Shown one piece after another: positions 10,317 to 18,737 of a DNA stretch of 64,000 bases. Every line of letters starts with the position of its first letter. Position 1 is the first letter of the stretch. Origin of the DNA: Candidatus Spongiisociaceae bacterium (GTDB lineage Bacteria > Actinomycetota > Acidimicrobiia > Spongiisociales > Spongiisociaceae). The DNA is taken from positions 2,912,001 to 2,976,000 of the forward strand of contig CBDCOH010000002.1 of NCBI GenBank assembly GCA_965219685.1, read 5' to 3'. The notes under the pieces are model-generated. The model did no database searches, was not told the origin of the DNA, and worked only from the letters and a program-made list of their open reading frames with translations. The position numbers were made by a program, and so were the translations under genes.

Positions 10317-11261
10317 ATGACCAGTACCGGCATCCTGATGTTCACTCGGGGCCTGCAGGGCCCGTCGGAGGCATCGGGAATCGTAGCCGATCTGGAGGCT
10401 TCCGGCGTGACGCACCTGTTCATCTCGGAAGCAGGCAACGATGCGATGACCACGGCCGCGGCCATGGCTCTGAGCACCCGTCGGGCCACGATCGGTACCG
10501 GGATCGCGAACATCTATCTCCGGCATCCGTACGAGCTGGCCATGGCGGCCGCCGCCATCGACGACCTGGCGCAGGGACGCTTCGTTCTGGGTATCGGGAC
10601 CGCCCACCAGATCACCAACGTCTCGGGGCTCGGTCTCGACATGACCCGGGCATTCTCAACGATGCGCGACTATCTGGCGGCCCTGGAGGGAACCCTCGGG
10701 GCCGGGCGATCTCCTGCCGACGTGACAACCGACCGGTACCGGATCGTGGGACCGAGAGTGGCGTGGAACACGGATCGACACATACCGATCATGCTGGGTG
10801 CGATCGGGGATCGCATGCTGCGCCTTGCGGCCCTGTCCGCCGACGGGGTGATCCTGAGCCTCGCCACGTTGGAGCAGATCCGCCGTGCCCGAACCCTGCT
10901 CGATGCGACCGCCGAGATAGCGGGCCGCGATCCCGCGGAGATCCGGATATACGCGGTGATCAACACCTGCTTGCAGCCGACCCGACAGGAAGCCCGGACG
11001 TTCCTGCGACAGAGCCTCACCGGCTATTTCAGCTTGCCGTTCTACGAACGGTCGCTGCGCCGGGGGGGCATCGAGGTGGTGGACGGAAAGGTTCCCGCCC
11101 GGGCAGTGGACCGGCTTGCCCTGGCCGGCCCGGCGGAGTGGGCCCGTTCCCACCTGGAGGAGTTCCGGTCCGCCGGAGTGGACGTCCCGCTGCTGGCGCC
11201 TACCTGGTCGAATCCCGACACACGGGCGGAGTATCTGGCGCTGGCCGAACTCGTAACGTGA
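10317..11261 (+). CDS. LLM-class (luciferase-like) flavin/F420-dependent oxidoreductase
   Basis: T.RATIGTGIANIY.RHP, GRFVLGIG, PIMLGAIGDRMLRLAA..ADG. Confidence 0.88.
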   Translation: MTSTGILMFTRGLQGPSEASGIVADLEASGVTHLFISEAGNDAMTTAAAMALSTRRATIGTGIANIYLRHPYELAMAAAAIDDLAQGRFVLGIGTAHQITNVSGLGLDMTRAFSTMRDYLAALEGTLGAGRSPADVTTDRYRIVGPRVAWNTDRHIPIMLGAIGDRMLRLAALSADGVILSLATLEQIRRARTLLDATAEIAGRDPAEIRIYAVINTCLQPTRQEARTFLRQSLTGYFSLPFYERSLRRGGIEVVDGKVPARAVDRLALAGPAEWARSHLEEFRSAGVDVPLLAPTWSNPDTRAEYLALAELVT

Positions 11262-11286
11262 GGCGCCCACCCGGGAAGAAGAACGG

Positions 11287-12699
11287 ATGAGCGACGTCCT
11301 GCTCACCGACGCGTTGGTGCTCACCATGGACCACGCACGGACCGCGTACAGGAACGGGTACGTATGGATGCGGGATGGATTGATCCAAGAGGTCGGCGCC
11401 ATGCCCGCTCCGGTCACGCTTCCGACCGGAGCGGAGATCCGATCCATGCAGGGCCGCCATCTCGTGATGCCGGGCCTGGTCAACGCCCACAACCACATCT
11501 CTAACAACGTGGTGAGAGGAACGTTCGACGAGGGCTCGCGGGAGGACTACGGAACACGGATGTTCGCGGCTCTGCGAGCCCTCGACGGGGGTGCCTCCTA
11601 CGCCGGGGCCCTCAGTTCCCTGGCAGAGCAGCTCCGCGGCGGCGTTACCACAACCCAGGCGGGCGAGTTCGGTCATGTGGACAGACCGGCGGGCGTCCTG
11701 CGGGCCATCGAAGACTCCGGGCAGCGCGCCGTCTTCTCACTCGCGGTGATGGACAGCGCGGACGAGACGGTCGATTCCCAGACCGTACCGCAGGAGTTCC
11801 GTGAGACACCTTCTGAAGCCGTTGAACGCCTCGATTCGCTGGAAAACCGGTTCGGTTCGGCCCTCGTCACCGTCGCCCCCGAGGTGCTGTCGCCGATGCG
11901 CTGCACCCCGGAGATGATCCGGACACTGCATGCATACTCCGTCCGGCGCGGCGTGCCGCTGTTCATGCATGTGGGCGCCGCCAGAGACGAGATGGAGGAG
12001 TCGCTCCGCCGTTACCGCTCGACCACCGTCGAGTTCCTCGAGAGCCTCGGCGTCCTCTCCCCCAGGACCGTGTTGGCCCATGCCAACTACATCACCGAGG
12101 CGGAGAACGGTCTGCTGGCCCGGTATGGAACCGGGGTCGCCCACTGTCCCGTGGCCAACATCTGGGCGGGGGGGCGGATCCCGATGCTCGCCGAATGGCT
12201 GGAGGCCGGCGTCCGGGTGGGGCTGGGAACCGACGGGGCGACCAGCAACAACGGCCAGAACCTCTGGGAGACGGCAAAGATGGCGGTGCTGCTGCAGAAG
12301 TCCCGACTGGCTGACCGTACGTACGCGTCGGCCGAGCTTGGCCTCGAGCTGCTGACCATCGGAGGCGCCCGGGCCCTCCACATGGAGGACCGCATCGGTT
12401 CGCTCGAACCCGGCAAGCAGGCAGACGTGATCTGCATCGACATCGACCGGCCAACCCTCACGCCGAGCGCCACGGTCACGTCGAGTCTCGTCTACTCGCA
12501 CGACCGGGACGCCGTCCGCCACGTCTACGTCGGCGGAGTGGAGCTACTCCGTGACGGACGGCTGATCAGCCTGGATGTGGCAGCAGTAGTAGACCTCGTC
12601 GAACGGGAGGCCCGCCGGGTCCTCTCCGCACCGGGCGTCGGCCGGGGTTTCGCCGAGCGTTCGAGGATCCTTTGGGTGGCAGGGGAAGAGTCGGGGTAG
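11287..12699 (+). CDS. Metal-dependent amidohydrolase (MTA/SAH-deaminase-like fold), substrate unknown
   Basis: PGLVNAHNH, AHCPVAN, GLGTDG, GSLEPGKQAD. Confidence 0.88.
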   Translation: MSDVLLTDALVLTMDHARTAYRNGYVWMRDGLIQEVGAMPAPVTLPTGAEIRSMQGRHLVMPGLVNAHNHISNNVVRGTFDEGSREDYGTRMFAALRALDGGASYAGALSSLAEQLRGGVTTTQAGEFGHVDRPAGVLRAIEDSGQRAVFSLAVMDSADETVDSQTVPQEFRETPSEAVERLDSLENRFGSALVTVAPEVLSPMRCTPEMIRTLHAYSVRRGVPLFMHVGAARDEMEESLRRYRSTTVEFLESLGVLSPRTVLAHANYITEAENGLLARYGTGVAHCPVANIWAGGRIPMLAEWLEAGVRVGLGTDGATSNNGQNLWETAKMAVLLQKSRLADRTYASAELGLELLTIGGARALHMEDRIGSLEPGKQADVICIDIDRPTLTPSATVTSSLVYSHDRDAVRHVYVGGVELLRDGRLISLDVAAVVDLVEREARRVLSAPGVGRGFAERSRILWVAGEESG

Positions 12700-12867
12700 C
12701 CGGACCGGGATGGACCTTCCGGTATTCCGAGCGGACTCTCCGATCCGCGAGTCGCCGGTATCGGGTTCCGTACCGGCTCCGGACCGAGTGTCTCCTAGTC
12801 GCCGAACGCTACGGCCTGGTTCGGGGTCGGCAACCGGCCTTGCGGGTGAGGTTGGACCTCGCCATCT

Positions 12868-13671
12868 TCAGTTCCGTCCGAGGAAGTCGAGCACCATCGA
12901 TGCGAACCCCTCCGGATCCTCAGCGCCGGGGAAGTTGCCGTAACCTTCTTCGATGCTCGTGTCCCAGGAAGGGAACAGCCTGGCGGTGGCCTCCAGCTCT
13001 TCGACGTAGTAGTGGTCGTGTCGGCCGGCAGTCAGCAGCACCGAGTCGCCGATCAGTCGCATCCGGTCCTGGATCCTGGGTAGGTAGCGGGGTACCATGG
13101 TCGGGAATTGGGGCCGGTTCTTGCTCGCTAGCGCAAGGACGACGGTAGGCAACACCTGTTCGGTTCGCGCATCCGGCAGCGACCATGCCTTATTCCCGTC
13201 CCAGATGTTGGTGAGAACCTGCCGCCCGTCCACCGGAACCTCAGGTTTTGGAGCCGCGGCCACTCTCGCTCTGGAGGCGGCCCGCCTGGCCTCGAAACGC
13301 TCGAACCACGCAGCGCAGCCGTTGAGCACGATCTTGTCGATGCGGCCAGGATCCATCGCAGCTACTTCGACCGCCGTAATGGCGCCGTCGTGGTGGCCCA
13401 CCAAGCTCGTCCGGTTGATTTCGAGTCGGTCGAGGAGCACCATCATGGCGCGCGCAAAGTCCTCTATCTCGTACTCCCGGTCAGGGTCGTAACTGTTACC
13501 GCGGCCTGGCATGTCCCATGCGACTACCCGGTAGCGTTCGGCGAGAACCGGAACGACGAGGTCGAACTCGGCTGATGAAGTAGGGGACTGGTGGAAGAGA
13601 ACCACCGGGTCGCCATCTCCTTCGGACCAGTAATGGATCTGTCCTCCGGGCGAATCAACGTAGCCGCGCAA
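12868..13671 (-). CDS. Alpha/beta-hydrolase fold protein with non-canonical catalytic residues
   Basis: GYVD..GQIHY, FHQSP.SS, DMPGRGNS; elbow GHHDG; TTG start inferred after AGGAG. Confidence 0.78.
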   Translation of the reverse strand: MRGYVDSPGGQIHYWSEGDGDPVVLFHQSPTSSAEFDLVVPVLAERYRVVAWDMPGRGNSYDPDREYEIEDFARAMMVLLDRLEINRTSLVGHHDGAITAVEVAAMDPGRIDKIVLNGCAAWFERFEARRAASRARVAAAPKPEVPVDGRQVLTNIWDGNKAWSLPDARTEQVLPTVVLALASKNRPQFPTMVPRYLPRIQDRMRLIGDSVLLTAGRHDHYYVEELEATARLFPSWDTSIEEGYGNFPGAEDPEGFASMVLDFLGRN

Positions 13672-13739
13672 GCGCCGGTTCTCTCCTCTCGGTGCGGCCG
13701 GCTCTATCGGTCGACGGATCGTGCGGGGGCCTTCACCGC

Positions 13740-13979
13740 CTATCCGTCCGCCGACATCGAGTCCACGGTGTAGCCGGCCTTCTCCACAGCCGCGACGATC
13801 CCATCCGTAGAGGCGTCGCCCGAGAGCGAGAGCCGCGCCTGCTTGGATGGAAAATCCACCACCGCGCTCTTCACGCCGGGCTGGTCTGACAAGACTCCCT
13901 CGATTCGTGCGGCGCACGACCCACATGTCATGCCCCCGACCTCGAATACCAAGCTGCGCTTGCCGGTATCTCTGCGCAA
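13740..13979 (-). CDS. copZ: Heavy-metal-associated (HMA) copper chaperone, CopZ-like
   Basis: GMTCGSC...AVEKAGY; AGGAG RBS followed by TTG at 13979. Confidence 0.75.
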   Translation of the reverse strand: MRRDTGKRSLVFEVGGMTCGSCAARIEGVLSDQPGVKSAVVDFPSKQARLSLSGDASTDGIVAAVEKAGYTVDSMSADG

Positions 13980-14289
13980 TCGGCTCCTGAGACTTCGCAC
14001 GGCGTACCTCCCCTGACTCTGGCCTGTAGCAGCGTGTCCGGTGTCCGCAGCCGACTTACCGCCAGCCGTATTGGCACCGCTCGCGCACAGGTGCGGATCG
14101 GACACTATTATCGCACGGCAGGCCGGCTAGACGGCAGAGGACGGGGCACTTCGGTCCCGGCTCTCACGGATCCACTCCTACCGGCCGCCTACCCTGCTGT
14201 AAGGCCCATGTAGATTTGCGGAACGTTGTACGAGATACAATAACCGCGAAAAATACCCTGATACAGATGAACTATTCACGGATGGATCA

Positions 14290-14315
14290 GGAACAAGAAG
14301 CGACTCCACGGTGTT
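14290..14315 (+). promoter_or_regulatory. Putative ECF (SigR/SigH-type) promoter GGAAC-N18-GTT
   Basis: GGAAC 14290-14294, 18-nt spacer, GTT 14313-14315, about 30 nt upstream of the 65-aa ORF. Confidence 0.45.
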
Positions 14316-14344
14316 ATACGGGTTAGTAACCGAAAGGGGTACTC

Positions 14345-14542
14345 GTGGTTGAATCACTCGGGGGCTCTCGCCTACGCGGACGCGTCCGACCGTCGCGCGC
14401 GTACGCGTCCGGCAGGGTCTGCAAGAAGCAGGACTGCTCGACGAAGATCTCCATCTACAACCGCCGGGAGTACTGCAACGCCCACGCTCCCGTGAACTTC
14501 CCCAGGGTACGAGGCCACATCATCGCGGACACCGGAAGGTAG
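14345..14542 (+). CDS. Small hypothetical protein with C-x4-C-x12-C-x2-H putative zinc site
   Basis: RVCKKQDCSTKISIYNRREYCNAH; AAAGGGG RBS; followed by strong hairpin. Confidence 0.72.
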   Translation: MVESLGGSRLRGRVRPSRAYASGRVCKKQDCSTKISIYNRREYCNAHAPVNFPRVRGHIIADTGR

Positions 14543-14559
14543 AACGACCGACCGTCAGC

Positions 14560-14605
14560 GCTTAGCCTGCGGAGGGGGTGCCTAGCGACCCTCCGCAGGC
14601 TAAGC
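14560..14605. terminator. 17-bp perfect inverted repeat between convergent genes (likely bidirectional terminator)
   Basis: GCTTAGCCTGCGGAGGG ... CCCTCCGCAGGCTAAGC. Confidence 0.75.
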
Positions 14606-14685
14606 CAGGGGCCAGCGGCCCGCACGCTGCGCCTCGGGCTGGACGCCAACCTCAACAGCATCAGTCCCCCCAAATTGCGAATTGC

Positions 14686-16638
14686 TCAGCCGATACCCAG
14701 CTTCTTCAAGAAAGCATCGTTGCGCGGCTCGCGGCCGAGAAAGTCGTGTAACAGCTCGTAGGCATCCCTCGTGCCCCCCGGCTCGAGTACTTTGCGGCGG
14801 TATTCCATGCCCACCTCGGGCGACAGCTCCCCTTCCTGGGCAAAGCGGCTGAACATGTCCTGGCCGAAGACCTCGGCCCACAGGTAGCCGTAATAGCCTG
14901 CGTCGTAACCGCCCACCAGGTGGCCGAACGAGGCGAGCAGGTATGTGCCGTCGTGGTGAGGCAACAAGCCGGTCTCGGCCCGGCGACGGAGCACGGTTTC
15001 GTGATCCACCTGTTCCAGGGTCGTGTGAAGATCCATGTCGATCTGTCCCAGCATCATCTGGCGGAGGTTGAAGAGAGCGATGTTCAGGTCTCTTGCCGCG
15101 GCGAGCCGACCGACCAGATCATCCGGGATCGGGTCTCCGGTCTCATGATGCCGAGCGAAGGTCCGGAGAACCTCGGGAATCCAGCACCAGTTCTCCATGA
15201 TCTGGGAGGGCGCCTCCACGAAATCCCATTCCGTCCGGGCTCCGCTGAATCGCGCCATCTCCGCCTGTGAGAGGGACATGTGGAGAATGTGACCGAACTC
15301 GTGGAACAGGGTCACCACCTCGTCGTGTAGCAGCAGCGCCGGCTGCTCCCCGCTCGGCCGCGTCAGGTTGGCCACGATCGCCGACACGGGCCGGCTCCGC
15401 ACTCCACGGAGATCCGAGCCGGACGGGACCAGCGGGAACGCGGCAGCATGGCCGAACTTGCCTTCTCGAGGATGCAAGTCCATGTAGAAGTGGGCCAGCA
15501 GTTCACCGGAGACGGAGTCGGTCATCCGGTAGACCCGCACCTCCTCGTGCCACACCGGAGCCTCGACGGGCTCGTAGGAGAGACCGAACACTGCCTGCGT
15601 GATGTCGAAGAGGCCGGCCAGTACCCGGTCCAAGGGGAAGTAGGCGGCCACCTCGGTCGGGTCGACGCCGTACTCCCGCTTCATCTGCTCCGTGTGGCAA
15701 AAGGCGCTGTCCCAGCGGCGAACCGGGAGTTGGTGACCCTGGGCGGTGAGCAGGCGGCCCATCGCAGCCACCTCCTTCCGGCCCGAGGCCGTGAGGGGCT
15801 CCAACAGCGCCTCGTAGAAGTCCGCCACCGCCTCGGGTCTCCTGGCCATCTTTGTCTGCATGCTGTGATGTGCCCAGGACGCTGCACCGAATACCTCGGC
15901 AAGCTCCGCCCTGAGGCGCATGACCTCTTCGAAGATGGGGGTGTTCTGCTGCCGCGCCCTGTTCCCGAACTTGAAAGCCAGCGCTTCGCGGAGATCGCGA
16001 CGCGGCGAGTTCTCCATGAACGGGATCACATCGGGGTAAGCCATCGTGATCCGGTAGGCGCCTTCGGTGGAACCTGGTGCCAGACGATCCACATAGGACT
16101 CCGGCATGCCTTCAAGATCTTCGGCGGAGACTTCCAGCGCGTCCTCGTACTCGGCGAGGTTGGCAGCAAATGCGACCTTGAGTTCGACCAGGCGAGCCCT
16201 CAACTCCTGGACGCGGAGGCGTGCCTCCTCCTCGAGTTCGTGTCCGGCCATCCGGAAGTCACGCATCGTATGTTCCAAGGCCCGGGCCGGCTCGCCCGCG
16301 AGTGCGCCCGCTCCCTCGGTGGCTGCGTAGGAACGGACCGCCTCGTATAGGTCACGGCGGGACACCAGGTCCAAGGTCCACTTCTGGATCCGTTCCTCCG
16401 CCACGCGGGCCGCCTCACGGGTGGCGTCGTCCGGCGCGACCCGTCCCAGGAACGGACCTCTCCCGAAAGCGATCGCCACTGAACGGCCCACCTCTTCGAG
16501 GGGGAGCAGGGTGTTGCCCAGGGTGCGGGAACCGTCCACCGCCAACAGGTCGTCGATGAGCGACTCGCCACGCGCAATGGTCGAGTCGACGACCTCGGAA
16601 ACCGAGTCGGCCGTGACGGAGGAGTAATCGAAGAGCAT
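14686..16638 (-). CDS. M3 family metallopeptidase (thimet oligopeptidase-like)
   Basis: TLFHEFGH, DFVEAPSQIMENW, SFGHL.GGYDAGYYGYLW. Confidence 0.93.
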   Translation of the reverse strand: MLFDYSSVTADSVSEVVDSTIARGESLIDDLLAVDGSRTLGNTLLPLEEVGRSVAIAFGRGPFLGRVAPDDATREAARVAEERIQKWTLDLVSRRDLYEAVRSYAATEGAGALAGEPARALEHTMRDFRMAGHELEEEARLRVQELRARLVELKVAFAANLAEYEDALEVSAEDLEGMPESYVDRLAPGSTEGAYRITMAYPDVIPFMENSPRRDLREALAFKFGNRARQQNTPIFEEVMRLRAELAEVFGAASWAHHSMQTKMARRPEAVADFYEALLEPLTASGRKEVAAMGRLLTAQGHQLPVRRWDSAFCHTEQMKREYGVDPTEVAAYFPLDRVLAGLFDITQAVFGLSYEPVEAPVWHEEVRVYRMTDSVSGELLAHFYMDLHPREGKFGHAAAFPLVPSGSDLRGVRSRPVSAIVANLTRPSGEQPALLLHDEVVTLFHEFGHILHMSLSQAEMARFSGARTEWDFVEAPSQIMENWCWIPEVLRTFARHHETGDPIPDDLVGRLAAARDLNIALFNLRQMMLGQIDMDLHTTLEQVDHETVLRRRAETGLLPHHDGTYLLASFGHLVGGYDAGYYGYLWAEVFGQDMFSRFAQEGELSPEVGMEYRRKVLEPGGTRDAYELLHDFLGREPRNDAFLKKLGIG

Positions 16639-16746
16639 GGTGTTGGGTGTTAGGTGTTAGGTGTTAGGTGCTGGGTGGCCGGTGGAGACGACGTAGAATA
16701 TAGCATCAGAACGTTGTAATACAGCCACCAACTACCAACCACCATC
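16639..16746. repeat. Heptamer arrays (GGTGTTR)x~5 and opposed (ACYACCA)x~3
   Basis: Read directly; one arm begins at the stop of 16745-17725, the other abuts the M3 peptidase ATG. Confidence 0.85.
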
Positions 16747-17725
16747 ACTGCCGCAGTTCTTCGTAGGTGTCCCAGCCGGGATCGGGATCGGTGAACACCT
16801 CGTACACCGCCGGTCGCCACCGGGCGGCCAACCCGTGAACGTCTTCGCTCACCTCGGGATCTGCGTAGGCGTACAGCACCGTGAACGTATCGAAGATCTG
16901 GTGGGCGAAGATCACCCCCCCGGTACGGAGGGTCGCGGCGAGATCCTTCTCGACCTTGCGCACCAGCGGATCTTCCGGCCCGGACGTTTCGATACTCACC
17001 ATGACGATGTCCACCATCTCTAGGAAGTGGAGACGCTTCAGTGCACGGTTCACGAAGGCCCGTGACTCGCCCAACTCGTCGTCTTCCTTGGGAATCATCT
17101 CCCACTGCTGACCCGTAGCGGCGTCCGCCCAGCGGTCCACCTCCTCGGCCAGACCCAGGAACGGCATGCCCCAGGGCAGTGAGTGAGGGACCACATCGAC
17201 AGAACCAACCCAGAATTCAGCTCTGTCCTCTCCGAGCAGATCATCGAGCAACCGGAAAACCACCAAGAGCTGCAAGGCTTCGTCCATCAGTCCGAAGTCG
17301 CGATGTCCGATGGTCAGGTCCAGTTCCTCGGTTACGAGATCGGGCTCGACGACCATGGTGACCTCGAAGGGATCGATACTGAGGGCTCCGACCGTCACCG
17401 GGTTCGGCTCCACGGCGATGCGGGCGGGGTGGTACTCCCAAGCCCGGTCCGCAGGCGGACTATCACGGTACCAACGCTCGGTCAGGGAACGCAGACCCGG
17501 GTCGGCGGCAGAGCTGAGGCAAAAAGCGTGCTCCGCCGACCGGCCCGGTCCCAGGTCCCACTCCAGCGCCGGGTGAATGGCCGAGATCAGGTCGGAGAGT
17601 TCAGCCGTGGCTTCCCCGTAACGACCCTCCGCCAGTTCTTCCTCGAGAGCCGGCCGCAGCGCGGGCCATCCTTCCCAGAACGCGGTTATAGCCTGCTGGC
17701 TCGTCAATGGAGCCTCCGCGGTCAT
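16745..17725 (-). CDS. Hypothetical protein, DUF695-like
   Basis: FWEGW, IHPALEWDLGPG..AEHAF.LS, LLDDLLGED, DPGWD motifs; start inferred at MTAEAP. Confidence 0.6.
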   Translation of the reverse strand: MTAEAPLTSQQAITAFWEGWPALRPALEEELAEGRYGEATAELSDLISAIHPALEWDLGPGRSAEHAFCLSSAADPGLRSLTERWYRDSPPADRAWEYHPARIAVEPNPVTVGALSIDPFEVTMVVEPDLVTEELDLTIGHRDFGLMDEALQLLVVFRLLDDLLGEDRAEFWVGSVDVVPHSLPWGMPFLGLAEEVDRWADAATGQQWEMIPKEDDELGESRAFVNRALKRLHFLEMVDIVMVSIETSGPEDPLVRKVEKDLAATLRTGGVIFAHQIFDTFTVLYAYADPEVSEDVHGLAARWRPAVYEVFTDPDPGWDTYEELRQ

Positions 17726-17735
17726 CGGATACCGC

Positions 17736-18563
17736 TCAGCCAGCGGCCCGAACATGGGGCGGAGCAATCGATCGGATCAGGTTTATCAGCTGCTCGGCGA
17801 TACCTGGAGCAGCCAGAATGAAATTGGTGGACTCGACCGTGGCCGGTTCACTCGACAGATCGGCGGAGAGGCCCCCCGCTTCGTGAACGAGGAGGAGTCC
17901 GGCGGCCACATCCCAGGGCCATAGACCGTACTCCCAGAATCCGTCGACGCGGCCGCAGGCAACCCAGGCGAAGTCGAGAGCCGCGGAGCCGAGGCGGCGC
18001 ACGTCTCGAGTCCTGGCCATCACCTGCCCCATCGCGGCGGTGTAGGCGGCCGCGTGCACATCACGGTCGTACGGGAAGCCGGTCGCGATGACGCACTCCG
18101 ACAGGCTGGTGCGTGACGACACCCGGATCGGCTCGTCGCCGAGACGGGCGCCTTCTCCCCTGGCGGCGCTGAACACCTCCCGCCGTGCAACGTCCACCAC
18201 CGCGCCCGCCACCGGGACCAAGCCGTCCCACAAGCCCACCGACACGGACACCTGGGGGATACCGTGGACGAAATTGACCGTCCCGTCGAGAGGGTCGACG
18301 ATCCAGCGGCGTCCCACCGGCTCGGCAAGACCACCCTGTTCCTCGGATAGGATCGCGTCGCTAGGACGTAGAGCATCGATAACGGCCAGTACGGCCCGCT
18401 CGGCTGCCATGTCCACCTCGGTAACGGGATTCACCGACCCCTTCATCTCCGGCTCCACGGCTCGGCCCAGGGACTCCCCCACCACCACGGCGCCAGCCCG
18501 GGCGGCGGCGATCGCGACCTCACGGTCGGTCCGAGGTTGGCTTGCGGCGATGGGGTCGGTCAT
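17736..18563 (-). CDS. suhB: Inositol monophosphatase family protein
   Basis: WIVDPLDGTVNF, RRLGSAALD, WDVAAG..L..EAGG. Confidence 0.88.
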   Translation of the reverse strand: MTDPIAASQPRTDREVAIAAARAGAVVVGESLGRAVEPEMKGSVNPVTEVDMAAERAVLAVIDALRPSDAILSEEQGGLAEPVGRRWIVDPLDGTVNFVHGIPQVSVSVGLWDGLVPVAGAVVDVARREVFSAARGEGARLGDEPIRVSSRTSLSECVIATGFPYDRDVHAAAYTAAMGQVMARTRDVRRLGSAALDFAWVACGRVDGFWEYGLWPWDVAAGLLLVHEAGGLSADLSSEPATVESTNFILAAPGIAEQLINLIRSIAPPHVRAAG

Positions 18564-18737
18564 GGATCCTGGGGTCGATGGTCGGACGGCGGTGCACCGG
18601 TGGCTGGGAAGTGTCAGCCGTCGGCGGCCCTCCATCCGGAGTCGGGACATTGGTGGAGCCATCCTAAGACCCAAACCTACGCTCGCCGGGTAATGGCATG
18701 CGCTTGCCGCCACCCGTGGCACCGTAGAATCCCACCG

